Below are positions 48,946 to 61,740 of a stretch of 64,000 nt of DNA, piece after piece. Origin of the DNA: Girardia tigrina. Taxonomy: Eukaryota. Location: assembly GCA_001938485.1 (NCBI GenBank), contig MQRK01235125.1:1-64000 (forward strand), in the 5' to 3' direction. The notes below the pieces were generated by a model. That model made no database searches, had not been told where the DNA came from, and was given only the letters and a program-made list of their open reading frames with translations. Within the stretch, counting starts at the first letter, position 1. Every line of letters begins with the position of its first letter. Made by a program: the position numbers and the translations under genes.

Positions 48946-49782
48946 TTGGGTAAAAAGGAACTATCAAATTTGGTTTACGCTAATTTGATAGATGACGAGA
49001 ACTTACAGAAAGAAATAGCTATTAGAGGTGTCAAGAAATCTGAAGAGATTGAAGATATTCAAACGAGAATGTTCGAATATGATAAAAAGAAAAGAAATGC
49101 TCCTGTAGCGGCATATAACACAAAAAGAGAAAATGAATGGNNNNNNNNNNNNNNNNNNNNNNNNNNNNNNNNNNNNNNNNNNNNNNNNNNAAGAAATGCT
49201 CCTGTAGCGGCATATAACACGAAAAGAGAAAATGAATGGAGAACAGTGGAAAATAAAAAAAGAACACCAAGGCCACAGAACGAGAAATTCATAGAACAAG
49301 AAACAAGAATAAATTTAAAAGTTCGAAAAATTACCTGTTGGGCATGCCACGAAGAAGGACATGTTAGAAGAGAGTGCCCTAACGTGAAGTGTAGTCATTG
49401 TAATAGAAAAGGGCATTTAAGAACACAGTGTTATGAAAACCCTAATAGATTTAGGGAGCGTGATCAATGGAAAAGGGATAATGTAAATAATCGATGGAAT
49501 AACAGGCAAAATTACTCAAATCAACGGCATAGAGAACGGCCAACATACACGAATAGGAAATATCCAGTAGCAGAAGTTGACGAACTAGATGATGAATTGT
49601 ACATAAGAGAAGACTCTAGAAAAGGGGACTATTCTGAAGGAACGTATAGAAGAGAAGATGGCAAAAGACTGGAATATCTCGTGTGTAACAGAAAATTCAG
49701 AAATGATCAGGGAAACGAGGACGCACGATCACAGGGAGAAGTGATCAGTGTGCTACAATATGAACTCAATGTAGGTGTATGA
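48946..49782 (+). pseudogene. gag: Gypsy Gag (C-terminal part, nucleocapsid zinc knuckles)
   Basis: CWACHEEGHVRREC and CSHCNRKGHLRTQC. Confidence 0.88.
49710..49753 (+). promoter_or_regulatory. Putative -1 ribosomal frameshift signal (gag-pol)
   Basis: In-frame slippery heptamer G GGA AAC, 6-nt spacer, hairpin GCAC-GATCAC/GTGATC-AGT-GTGC. Duplicated near 50269. Confidence 0.7.
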
Positions 49783-50506
49783 TTGATTGTATGTATGAAT
49801 GCGTTTGTGATTGTATGTTTGATGATGTGTTTGAAAATATTCCTCTGGAGATGTGTAGATTAATAATGAACCTGAAGAAGACGATGAAATATGTGCTAAT
49901 ATGGATATAGAAAATGAGAAAAAAATTAAAATGAATGCTGAAGATGTATTGATATTACCGAAGTTTAACATAAATTATAAAGAATTGAAAGGTAGACCAN
50001 NNNNNNNNNNNNNNNNNNNNNNNNNNNNNNNNNNNNNNNNNNNNNNNNNCGATGGAATAACAGGCAAAATTACTCAAATCAACGGTATAAAGAACGGCCA
50101 ACATACACGAATAGGAAATATCCAGTAGCAGAAGTGGACGAACTAGATGATGAATTGTACATAAGAGATGACTCTAGAAAAGGGGACTATTCTGAAGGAA
50201 CGTATAGAAGAGAAGATAGCAAAAGACTGGAATATCCCATGGGTAACAGAAAATTCAGAAATGATCAGGGAAACGAGGACGAACGATCACAGGGTGAAGT
50301 GATCAGTGTGCTACAATAGGAACTCAATGTAGGTGTATGATTGATTGTATGTATGAATGTGTTTGTGATTGTATGTTTGATGATGTGTTTGAAAATATTC
50401 CTCTGGAGATGTGTAAATTAGATAATGAACCTGAAGAACAGGATGAAATATGTGCTAATATGGATATAGAAAATGAAAAAAAATTAAAAAGAATGCTGAA
50501 GATGTA

Positions 50507-53393
50507 TTGATATTACCGAAGCTTAACATAAATTATAATGAATTGAAAGGTATACCAAGTATAGAGTTCCGAATAAAGAATAAAAATGTCGATTGCATGT
50601 TAGATACAGGAGCTCGAGTCAACGTTATTAAAGCAGAGATAATTAAAGATATGAAAGATGTCAAGATCAAAGAAACTAAAAGACGAATACATTGTGCGAA
50701 TGATTCAGAANNNNNNNNNNNNNNNNNNNNNNNNNNNNNNNNNNNNNNNNNNNNNNNNNNNNNNNNNNNNNNNNNNNNNNNNNNNNNNNNNNNNNNNNNN
50801 NNNNNNNNNNNNNNNNNNNNNNNNNNNNNNNNNNNNNNNNNNNNNNNNNNNNNNNNNNNNNNNNNNNNNNNNNNNNNNNNNNNNNNNNNNNNNNNNNNNN
50901 NNNNNNNNNNNNNNNNNNNNNNNNNNNNCTGTTTGAAAACAAAATTGACAACCAACTAATGGAACTTTTAACAGAATTTAAATCAATATTTATGGCTGAC
51001 AAATGGGATATTGGAAGGACGTCACTGACCAAACACAAGATCGAAACACATGGAAAACCAGTTTTAGTGAAACCTTATCGACAACCAAAACATTTTGAGG
51101 AAAAACTGGACGATATTATTCGAAATTATGAAGAAAACGATATTATAGAAAAATGCAGTTCACCGTGGAATTTCCCTCTAGTTTGTGTTTGGAAAAAGGA
51201 GAAACAGGACATTCGAGTATGTGTAGATTTTCGGCAATNNNNNNNNNNNNNNNNNNNNNNNGCATTCCCAATGCCGAATGTTGAGGAAATGTTGAATACA
51301 CTAAATGGAGCAAAGTATTTTAGCACAATCAATTTAGGAAACGCATACCATCAAGTGGAACTTGAAGATGGATCAAAAGTCAAAACAGCATTTTCAACAA
51401 AGGATGGCCAATACTGTTTCAGGAGAATGCCATTTGGAATTGCAGCGGCACCAGCAACGTTTCAAGAACTGATGGTAAGAGTTTTGGGTGAATTAAATTG
51501 GAAAGAGGCAGTTGCGTATATAGACGATATTTTAATTTTCGCAAAAGACAAGGAAGAACACCTCAAACGAATTTAACACGTATTTAGTAAAATAAAGCAA
51601 TGGGGTCTGAGAATTAATCCAGATAAATGTCATTTTGTGGTGAAAAAGACAAAGTTTTTGGGATATGTGATCAGCAGAGATGGCATAGAAACAGATCAGA
51701 CAAAGATTGATGCGATTAGCAAGTTTCAGAATCCTTCATGTGTAAAACATTTGAGAAGCTTTTTAGGTTTAACGAACTATTACAGAAAATTCTTAAAAGA
51801 TTACGCAAAGTATTCAAAAGTATTGGAAGGACTATGCGGAAAAAATAAAGAAAAAAAGCTAATATGGACGGAAGAATGAAACGAAGCGTTTCAAAAATTA
51901 AAGGAAAAGATGATCAATACATAAAAACTAGAATACCCAGATTTCGGAAAAGAATTCATATTGGACACGGACGCTAGTTTTGACACCATTGGTGCGGTGC
52001 TATCTCAGAAAGATATATATGGAAGAGAAAGAGTGATTGCATATGGATCCCACAAAATGAACAAACATGAATTGGGACACTGTATTACGAGAAAAGAACT
52101 GCTGGAAATCTACTATTTTACACAACACTTCAAGCACTATCTGTACGGCAAGAAATTTCTATTAAGAACGGATCATAAAGCCATTACCTTTATGATGNNN
52201 NNNNNNNNNNNNNNNNNNNNNNNNNNNNNNNNNNNNNNNNNNNNNNNNNNNNNNNNNNNNNNNNNNNNNNNNNNNNNNNNNNNNNNNNNNNNNNNNNNNN
52301 NNNNNNNNNNNNNNNNNNNNNNNNNNNNNNNNNNNNNNNNNNNNNNNNNNNNNNNNNNNNNNNNNNNNNNNNNNNNNNNNNNNNNNNNNNNNNNNNNNNN
52401 NNNNNNNNNNNNNNNNNNNNNNNNNNNNNNNNNNNNNNNNNNNNNNNNNNNNNNNNGATAACAAATACTGGATTCCGAAAGGTAAAAGGACTGAATTCGT
52501 GGAAGAAATACACAAGATGTTGTGTCACGCTGGTAGCAAGAAAGTTTATAATTATTTGAAAGATGATTTTGATATGGAAGATATGAGAAAAACGGTAAAG
52601 GAAATTGTGCAAAGTTGTATGAATTGTCAGAAAAGAAAGACCTTAACAACAAAAACAAAAGAGAAACATATTAAGCAATCTGCTGATGAACCATTCCAAA
52701 AAATATATATGGATTTCTTTTAAAAGAAATATTAATGGATGTCAATACATACTAGCGATAATCGATCAATTTAGCAGATAAATCAGTTTGAACGCAGTAG
52801 CTCATCAAGACGAGAGAACCGTGCGAAAGGTCTTACTAGACAAATGGATTTGGAAATACGGACCACCAAAAGAAATCCATGTCGATAGAGGAAAAACATT
52901 CGAATCAGCCCTTTTTAAAGAACCAGCAAATAAATTTAAAGCTGAGATAGTATATTCCAGTTCTTACCACCACAATACCAATTGGATTGTTGAGAGATAA
53001 TTCAGAACAATTAGGGATGCCATGAATATACGGATGAAAGACGAGGTCCACAAAGATTGGACGGAAACCCTGCCAGAAATAGAGTTTATGCTAAATAGAA
53101 CAATTCAGGCAACAACAGGGATATCACCAGCAGAAATAATTTTTGGTAGAAAACTAAGACATTGGTGGAAAAACACCGATGGAAAAAGACCTGTCGAGAA
53201 GGAAATGAATAAAAGCACGACACAGACGAAACGAGTATTCCAAATAGGAGTTAAAGTGCTTATAAAGAAAGAAAACGTAACGAAGGATGAGGATCGATAT
53301 ATGGGCCCAGCCACAATAAAGAACCGACGACATGAAAGAAGTTACGAGATACAAATAGATGATGGCAGAATATTGATCAGAAATGTCATTTAA
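50507..53393 (+). pseudogene. pol: Gypsy Pol (protease-RT-RNase H-integrase), with multiple stops and frameshifts
   Basis: LDTGARVNVI, SSPWNFP, RVCVDFR, KTAF, MPFG, YIDD, LRSFLGL.NYYRKF, DTDAS, and integrase core, in Ty3 domain order. Confidence 0.93.
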
Positions 53394-53404
53394 ATCGAGG
53401 GGGA

Positions 53405-53930
53405 TGTGAGGAATATTTTAAATTTGGTATGTTGAAATTGGTTTGTTGAATTTTGAATGTTGAGTTTAGTATTTGGAAATGTGTTTCTCCCACCCAGATG
53501 GAAAATTGATATTTTAGATGTTCACGATAAATAATTATTCGAATATAATTTATATTTTAAGTACAGCATAAGATATGTAAAAACATTAAAAATATTAAAT
53601 CTTTTCAAATCTTCATATTAAAATTTAAATAAAATAAATAGTTTTAACTAAGTTTTGAATTGCATAAATGTTCTTTCTTTCCATAAAATATTTTTTAAAT
53701 AAAATTAATATGTAAATAAAATTATTACTAAAATTACAAAATTGAACTGTAAAAATAAAATCTGAAAATAATGAAAAATTTGTTCCAATAATTGTTTATT
53801 AACAAACATTAACTAAAATTATCAATTTAGAACGATGTCGAATGACGAGAGTTTTGCTGAGAGTTGTCCAAAAGACAATTCTGATTGTAATGAAAATAAA
53901 AGTTTGAAAACCCATGTGGTGTTCTTAATA
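53405..53930 (+). repeat. 3' LTR of the Gypsy element
   Basis: Follows the PPT and matches the 5' LTR. Confidence 0.9.
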
Positions 53931-54079
53931 AATATCATCAGTTTTCCTGTAAGATTTGATAATAAATTATCAGTACCTTTTAATGAAGAGGTAAGCTCGA
54001 AAAGTTACATCTTTTAATTATGATAAAAATGGTTAATAAAAATACCTGAATTTTTGTTTTAAGGTTTTGTTAATAATTT

Positions 54080-54420
54080 AAAGAAATGTTTTGAATTAAT
54101 TGACAAACTTCAGGGAAACAACTTAGTTGAACATGGAATTTATGCTCATGTTAAGTCATTTTAGACAGAACTCTGTTTTTCAGACATGTAGATGAACACA
54201 GAAATAGATAATTATTTCTAATGAAATGACTGCAAAGTACAAGGTTCAATGTCTTAGTTGTGGAATTTAAATGATTTTTGAGACTTCAAGAGCTTGGAAC
54301 CATTCTTCAATATCGAAATTCATCAGAAGTCACAACGCACACTAATTTCTCGAACACTTAGGAACTTATATATAAAAGACAGTATTCATTGTTCATCATT
54401 TTTAGAGAAATTCAAGATGC
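54080..54420 (+). mobile_element. Degenerate hAT transposase remnant
   Basis: LQGNNL...IYAHVKSF and LVVEFK..F resemble the SPIN/Charlie LQG....Y..VKAF and EF..RF.DF motifs. Confidence 0.4.
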
Positions 54421-54435
54421 ACAAAACCAAGAATG

Positions 54436-54610
54436 TCAAAATAAAGTAGCATCAACTTTGCAGTCTTTTGAAAATTTACTGAAACGTTTATTCCAAAAAA
54501 TCTGTTTTCTTGAATAAGTCATCCTTATCAACAGCCTTAAATATTTTCTGAATTTACTATGAGTTTTATTAATTTTCACTAAAAATCTTATGTTGATTCG
54601 TTGCTCCATC
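54436..54610 (-). mobile_element. Mariner transposase N-terminal remnant
   Basis: MEQRINIRFLVKINKT...SRKQIFWNKRF. Confidence 0.55.
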
Positions 54611-55079
54611 TTTTCAACAATTTCTATCGACCTCAAGAGAAAAACAACAGAGTTAGAAAGATAATCGCTACTTTAGCAAAGAAATATTTTAGATAAAATT
54701 TAAAGTAATGAAATTTGTTAATTAAATAAATTTAAAAAATGAATTAAATTTATGATTTTATGAATATAGTTAAACATAATTAAAAAAAACTTTTTATAAA
54801 GTAAATACAATATGAAGAACAATTCATATCATAATAAATATTAAAAATAAATGAAGATTAATACATGTTCATTCAAAAGAAAACTCAATTTTTAAAAAAA
54901 CAATCAAATTAAATACAAAAGTAATATATAAAATATTTGAAAATAGTTTATTTTATAATTTAAATAGTTTTAAATTAAAAAAACTGTTTTATAAAATAAA
55001 TACAATACAACATTTCGGAAATAATAAATTTACACATATTTATTATTAAAAACATCAATATGAGTATTACAACATTTAT

Positions 55080-55449
55080 TAATATTACAAGCGCATTCAC
55101 TATTTGACATTTTTCTATTTCTGAGTTCAAACTAATTATTTTCAATAAATTAAAATGTTTTAATAAAAATTATTAATTATAAAGAATCTAATTGGTTAAA
55201 ATTAAATCTAAACATTTTTCTAAAAAAAGTACATATTAAATTAATATATTAAAATTTTAAATTACATTACAAATTAAATAATACATTCAAAAATTATTTT
55301 AAATCGTTTTACTTTAAAATTAAATTAAATTATTTTTAATTAATAAGAATCAAAGAAAATATCAATCATCCATCTGTGCAGGTGAGGCACAATCCGAATC
55401 AACATTCTACATGCACAATATCAATACACAATTCAAAACATTCCTCACA
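55080..55449 (-). mobile_element. Solo LTR related to 20339-20799
   Basis: Reverse complement starts TGTGAGGAATG and shares GATTGTGCCTC...CAGATGGAT. Possible TTTAT TSD. Distal end uncertain. Confidence 0.6.
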
Positions 55450-55793
55450 TTTATATTTACAATTATTTTGATATTATCGGTTTGTGCAAGAAAAATGAAA
55501 AATCGTTCATCAGAAATTTACTTTGGCACAACTTGTTTAAATAATATTTACAATGTTGTTATAAAATAAAAGTTTGAAAAAATGTCTTTATCTGAATTCT
55601 CTTCAGAATATACTAACGACCTCACATATATATTATTTTCATTAATAAATATTTGTGTTGAATATGAGTTGTGACCTTGCTGATAATGAAAAGGACATAA
55701 ACCTGGCTTATAAAAATAAACTCCCAAAATATAGTCTTTAAAAATTCAGTCAAATTCAATATAAATTTGGCTTTTAAAAGCAAAACTGATTAC

Positions 55794-55916
55794 CGTTGCT
55801 CTATCATTATACTTGTCCATGTCCAATAATCCGGATCCAGAAACTTTTTTTGTTTCGACCATCGTTTTCAAGTCTGCCAACAAATTCATATGATGAGACA
55901 TATCCGTGGCCAACAC
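55794..55916 (-). CDS. PDE4: PDE4-like exon (123 nt)
   Basis: CAG|[41 protein letters not shown]|GTAATC. Confidence 0.95.
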
Positions 55917-55958
55917 CTGCATCATATCAGTAATATTTAATTAATTTTATATAATTAC

Positions 55959-56113
55959 CATATCAATCACAAGTTTTCGAAATGTTGATTTTTCCTGTTT
56001 GCTGAGATTAATAAGGATATCGTATTTCTTTTCTTTTAAAATGGAAAATGAGGTTGCTAAGTGATGGTTTTCCAAAACTGATTGATCATTGTAAAGTGTT
56101 GCTAATGGGTCAC
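55959..56113 (-). CDS. PDE4: PDE4-like exon (155 nt)
   Basis: TAG|(S)DPLATLYNDQSVLENHHLATSF...FRKLVIDM|GTAATT. Confidence 0.95.
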
Positions 56114-56182
56114 CTATATAGTTAATTAATCATTTATTTGTTAAATCAAGATAAGGTTTGATAAAAAAGTCAAGATGCTAAC

Positions 56183-56282
56183 TGGTGTTGATTAGGTATT
56201 GATTGGTGAGTCCTGGATGATCCACATCGTGAATAACACAAGCAAAAAGAACGGAAAATATTTCAAGATCAGTAAAGACATT
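56183..56282 (-). CDS. PDE4: PDE4-like exon (100 nt) with the HD metal-binding signature; upstream exons not found in the window
   Basis: TTTAG|[33 protein letters not shown]|GTTAGC. Confidence 0.95.
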
Positions 56283-56859
56283 CTAAACATGAAAGTACAA
56301 ATTATTGTTATTAATAATAAATCTTTTAGTAATAATAATAATATTCATCATAATCATAAAATTAACAATAATAATAATAAAATTAATACAATTATAAATA
56401 CAATAAATATAAAAATAAATTATGTGTATAAAAATGATTTTTAAAACCATGCTTTTTGGACTAAAAACATTAAAATAAAAATATATAACTACAATAAGTA
56501 TAATTAAAATAAATAATATTTAAAAAGGATTGTTAAAAAAATAGGTTTTTATTTGGACTAAAAATATCAAAATTTTCTCCTATACAAGAAACCACTAGAA
56601 ATACATTTGTCATAACTAAAAACAAGTTACGAATTTAACATTTTTAATTATTGTGATATCCTTATAATGATCGTTTGGCGCAATAAGCCACTCCAGTGCT
56701 TATCACTTGAACGTAGAAACATGTTGATTCAAGTTTTCATTCACCACAAATTGAACAACAACAAAGAGTGAAGCATGGTCTCTAAATCAATATTGACCAT
56801 ATCAACCATATTTGAAACGTGCTCAAAGTTTACAGTTATAGTGTATGGACGCAGTGTGT

Positions 56860-57493
56860 TTTTGTTGAGTGTGCTGAAATTGGAATTGTGATTCTCACAT
56901 TCAGTTTGACAATTTATGTTTTATTGTATTTGTGATAACTGATCCTTCGAAAAGAATATGCATTTTTGAAATTAATGAAAATTTAATAACCTGATATATA
57001 TTTATTCGATGAATTCTAATTAACAGTAATCTTTTTCAAAAATTAAAATACGTATTTCAGTGGTGGCCAAACTGGGTGTCGCGACACCCTAGGGTGATTT
57101 TTAAAAAGATTTTTACGCGTAAGTAATTGTTTTATCATACTACTAACGCCTTGTTACAATTCACCAAAAATTTAATGCAAAGGCATATGGGTGTCGCGAA
57201 ATTTTTCCGTTTACAAAAAGGTTTCGCGGCGCAAAAAAGGTTGGCCACCACTGACGTATTTTATAGGTTTGAATAATTTTAAAATTATTTTACTTATTTT
57301 TTAAAATTTTATGAAATATTCTAAAGTTAAATTAATAATAAATGTTAGGAAATTTGTTCGAATAATGATTATTAAATATTTAGAAACCACACTAATTAGA
57401 ATTATGACAAATGGTGAAAGAACTTCCGAGAGTTATGATGAGTGTCAATGTGATAGTAATATATGTGTGCTCAAATATTCAATTCCTAATGAC
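56860..57493 (+). mobile_element. Solo LTR (5'-truncated) interrupted by a hAT MITE
   Basis: Homologous to 2983-3615. Ends ATTCCTAATGACA. Confidence 0.55.
57058..57253. mobile_element. 196-bp hAT MITE with perfect 8-bp TSD
   Basis: TIR CAGTGGTGGCCAA / TTGGCCACCACTG. ACGTATTT at 57050-57057 and 57254-57261. Confidence 0.95.
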
Positions 57494-57598
57494 AAACATG
57501 TAACCAAATAAAATATAATTAATAAGGACTACACAAAATGTATTTATGACTACAAGATAAAGTTATGCAAAATATAAAGAAATATAAATTTGAACTTA

Positions 57599-58880
57599 TT
57601 GGGTTGACCAAAAAGTCATTGCGTTTTTGAGTATGTCCTAATAAAAAAGCTTGAAAATATAAAACGATGTGATAAAATTTAAATTCAATTATATATTCTG
57701 AAACCTTAATTTTCAGACTGTTTATACAAAATATTAATTGATTTTGTTTCAATTTATTACTTTACCGTCAATTCGAAATGGAAAATCAAAATGAGCATAT
57801 TCCTCATGTTTTGTTGCATTATTTTCGCAAAGGGAAAACCGCTGTGCAAGCTCAGAAGAAGATATAGGTATATGGTAGTGACTCCTTAAAACTTCGACAG
57901 TGTCAATACTGGTTTTCTAAATTTCGTTCTGAAAAATTTCATCTGAAAGATGCACCACGCTCCGGTCGACCATTTGAAGTTGATGGCGACAAAATAACAG
58001 CACTGATCAAATCTAATCCACATATGATGACGACAAGAGAAGTTGCAGAGACTCTGAAAATATCAAAATCAAGTGTTGGAAGTCATTTAAAGAAACATGG
58101 ATTCGTCAGTAAATTCGATATGTGGTTACCACATGAACTGAAGGAAATTCATTTGGTGAAACGAATAGACATTTGCGATTCCCTTTTGAAGCGAGAACAA
58201 AGTGATCCATTTTTGAAGCGCTTGATTATGGGTGACGAAAAATGGATTGTTTACAACAATGTGGAATGTCGACGATCATGGAAAAAAAAGTGGTGAGCCT
58301 GCCAAAACTATCCCAAAAGCATAAATTCACCAAAAGAAGGTTATGCTTTCCGTCTGGTGGGACTTTAAAGAAATTGTGTTCTTTGAACTCCTTCCGAGGA
58401 ATGAAACCATCAATTCAGACAGATATTGTGGTCAGCTGAAGAAATTGACTCACTCAATTCAACAGGAACGTCCTGAATTGGCAAATCGAAAAGGAGTTGT
58501 AATTCAGCATGATAACGCAAGACCGCATACAAGTTTGACCACTCGCCAGAAACTCTTATAACTGGGTTGGGAGATTTTGCCGTACCCACTGTATTCTCCA
58601 GACTCGGCCCCATCGGATATTCATTTATTTAGATTAGTGCAGAATTCCTTAACCAGAAAAACCTTCGCCAGTGATGATGACATCAAATCGTTCCTAGACG
58701 GCTTTTTTGGTGACAAAGGCAAAGGTTTTACGAATCAAGAATAATGAAGCTACCGGAAAGGTGGAAGAAAGTGATTGAAAATAATTGACAGTATATCGTG
58801 TAAAAATAATTGTGCATCCATGTCATTTTTTGATAATAAATATTTTAGTAAAAAATGCAATTACTTTTTGGCCAACCCAA
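57599..58880 (+). mobile_element. Full-length defective mariner (DD34D)
   Basis: TIRs TTGGGTTGACCAAAAAGTCATTGC / GCAATTACTTTTTGGCCAACCCAA with TA flanks. ATG at 57778. Motifs WLPHEL, GDEKW, HDNARPH, YSPDSAPSD. Confidence 0.93.
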
Positions 58881-59819
58881 TAATTGTTTTGTATTTAATT
58901 TATAAATAGGAATAATTAGGGGTTAATAACAAATTATTTGTACAAAAATGACTAATTAATCATTCTGAAAGTTAATTTGTTAACTGTTTATGTATTGTCA
59001 TAGAGTTTACAAAACTTTGGTTACATTGTCAGCTCAATCGGATCATGAGGAGTAGGTGAAAAATAGATTGAAAAAGTGCGGCAAAATCACAGACGAAAGG
59101 GAGTTAATTGAGACATATTAATAGAAAAACATTCACAAATTAATAATATAAATTAAATAAATATATTAAAAGAGGTTCTTCTTTTCAAAAATTGTGAATA
59201 TATATTTTGTGAAGTAATTTTTAGAATATTTTAAAATCATTTTATATGTAAATTAATACTTTCCGGTGGAATTTGGCATTCAAATATTATGAAACATAAT
59301 TTTTTACTTAGAATGATTTTCTATCTTTTTTTTATTCACTTTTGTTATGAAATTTCTAATACAAATCTTGTCCTTACATTAACACGGGGATAATGTTAAA
59401 TGGAAAATTTACATGAATTAAGTTATAAGTAAAATACAAATGTCACATATAAAACCAACCAGATTCACGACAAAATGTATTATAAAAATAATAAAATAAA
59501 ATGTATTGGTCATCAACAATAATTATTAAAACAGTCAACAAACCACCAGTCTGGCTCGTCAACTTTCGAGTTTATTGTTTCAACACGAATTCGAAGACAA
59601 ACAAAAACTTTTTATTATTTCTCACTGAAATTTATGAATGCTAATTAAATAAATAAATTGATAGGAAAGTTTTATAGCTTTAAAATATAGTTTTAACTTT
59701 TGATTTTTCATCAGATTACTTTTAATCTTTATGGTTAATGATCAGATTTTTATGATTCAAGGTTTTTTTAGAAAAGATTTTTAACCCTAAAAGACCTTTA
59801 TATGCTTCAACATTAAATA

Positions 59820-60769
59820 CAGGGTGCGGCAGCTATTTGAGAACACGTAATATAGACACCATATCTTTTTGTGTGTTATAATTACATAATTTTATTTTTG
59901 CTGGTAGACATGGCAGAAGCTACTCTTACNNNNNNNNNNNNNNNNNNNNNNNNNNNNNNNNNNNNNNNNNNNNNNNNNNNNNNNNNNNNNNNNNNNNNNN
60001 NNNNNNNNNNNNNNNNNNNNNNNNNNNNNNNNNNNNNNNNNNNNNNNNNNNNNNNNNNNNNNNNNNNNNNNNNNNNNNNNNNNNNNNNNNNNNNNNNNNN
60101 NNNNNNNNNNNNNNNNNNNNNNNNNNNNNNNNNNNNNNNNNNNNNNNNNNNNNNNNNNNNNNNNNNNNNNNNNNNNNNNNNNNNNNNNNNNNNNNNNNNN
60201 NNNNNNNNNNNNNNNNNNNNNNNNNNNNNNNNNNNNNNNNNNNNNNNNNNNNNNNNNNNNNNNNNNNNNNNNNNNNNNNNNNNNNNNNNNNNNNNNNNNN
60301 NNNNNNNNNNNNNNNNNNNNNNNNNNNNNNNNNNNNNNNNNNNNNNNNNNNNNNNNNNNNNNNNNNNNNNNNNNNNNNNNNNNNNNNNNNNNNNNNNNNN
60401 NNNNNNNNNNNNNNNNNNNNNNNNNNNNNNNNNNNNNNNNNNNNNNNNNNNNNNNNNNNNNNNNNNNNNNNNNNNNNNNNNNNNNNNNNNNNNNNNNNNN
60501 NNNNNNNNNNNNNNNNNNNNNNNNNNNNNNNNNNNNNNNNNNNNNNNNNNNNNNNNNNNNNNNNNNNNNNNNNNNNNNNNNNNNNNNNNNNNNNNNNNNN
60601 NNNNNNNNNNNNNNNNNNNNNNNNNNNNNNNNNNNNNNNNNNNNNNNNNNNNNNNNNNGTACGTGTTAATATATGTAAAATTTTAAATTGTAATAAATGT
60701 TATTTTTCTGTTGTATATTCATTTTTTGAACTTTATGTCATTTTGTTCTCAAATAGCTGCCGCACCCTG
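59820..60769. mobile_element. Tc1/mariner-type TIR element, interior mostly an assembly gap
   Basis: Perfect 26-bp TIR CAGGGTGCGGCAGCTATTTGAGAACA with TA TSDs. Confidence 0.88.
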
Positions 60770-61100
60770 TATTTACTATAAATAAATCTTATAATATTAT
60801 ATTTATGGACTGGAAGCGAAGATATTCTTATTTCTGTAATAGTTGATTATCACTTTTTCTTTAGAATTTTTGGATAAAAGTTTGGGACCCAAATGGGCTC
60901 GCATGGAGGCGCCCACCTTTGAGAAAATAAGTACCATTTTGCGAGGCTTTCTATCTCTGCTCTTTCATTGGCAACGGGTAAATTGAATTAAAAATTTTGC
61001 TTAAATGAAATCGTGACACTTTATGCTTGACTTCCTCAAAATGCGTCTGTTAGAACAATTGAAAACAATCGCCTATTTCATATGTTGCATTTGAAACAAT

Positions 61101-61582
61101 GGTAGCATCCGAAACCGCGAAAAAGAAAACAGCGAAAGACAAAATAGTTTTGATGGAAAGGTATAAATCGGATCCGGAATATGCACTAAAAATTCGACAA
61201 ATTCCGCCATTAGCTTATGCATCTATCATGCATTAGTGTTAATCGATATATTTCTCATGATAATCCACCCACTGCAAGAAAGCTCTATAGAGATACTGCA
61301 ATACAAATCGAAACAATTGCGAGCAATTATACTAATCTGGATATATTAGATTATCTCCAAGGACTCTCGCATAATTTTGATCTGAACATCTGATTAACTT
61401 AAAATATTTATTGATTAAAATTTGTATGTAATCCAATTCTTTGGTTATATTTATTTTTTTGTTTATATGCTATTTCTGGTGATTATTATTCGCGGTTTAA
61501 TCTTTCGCTGTTCTTTTCAAGGTTTTAACTTGACCAGTTTTGTTCTTCTCTGTTTTGTCTTTCGCGGTGTTGACGTGTAACC
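61101..61582 (+). mobile_element. Internally deleted Mutator-like (MULE) element
   Basis: Inverted subterminal repeats (ACCGCGAAA / CAGCGAAAGACAAAA). Peptide remnants YKSDPEYALKIRQIPPLAY and DILDYLQGLSHNF. Confidence 0.55.
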
Positions 61583-61740
61583 GACTAAATCGATAATTTT
61601 GAAAATCAACAATCAAATTTGTCTCTTTTTTATTCGGATAAGACAAGATTCTCTATCTTATCAAAGAATTTCATGAGAATTTTATTGCGATTGTAGGAAA
61701 CAGTAATTTTCCCACGGAAAGAGGTGTTAGTCTGAAATGT

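Larger units (their letters stand above)
48084..53930 (+). mobile_element. Near-complete Ty3/Gypsy LTR retrotransposon (defective)
   Basis: LTRs 48084-48600 and 53405-53930. PBS TGGCGAC, PPT GAGGGGGA. Flanks AATAG/AATAT. Gag with two CCHC knuckles, protease LDTGA, RT YIDD, RNase H TDAS/ELL/TDH, integrase H...CMNC, HVDRG, IVER. Confidence 0.96.

Noticed and set aside
49490-50560. ~560-bp tandem duplication inside the Gypsy element, and a 50-bp duplication at 49091-49240
   Set aside because: Both straddle short N gaps, typical of unmerged contig overlaps or of two family copies or haplotypes joined together. Not treated as real structure.
58920-59125. Possible Helentron-associated non-autonomous element (CAGCTCAATCGGATC...)
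   Set aside because: Resemblance is from memory only; termini could not be verified.
59871-60686. Long ORFs made mostly of X (also near 41167, 43065-43368, 48468, 50533, 52162)
   Set aside because: Artefacts of translating N gaps.
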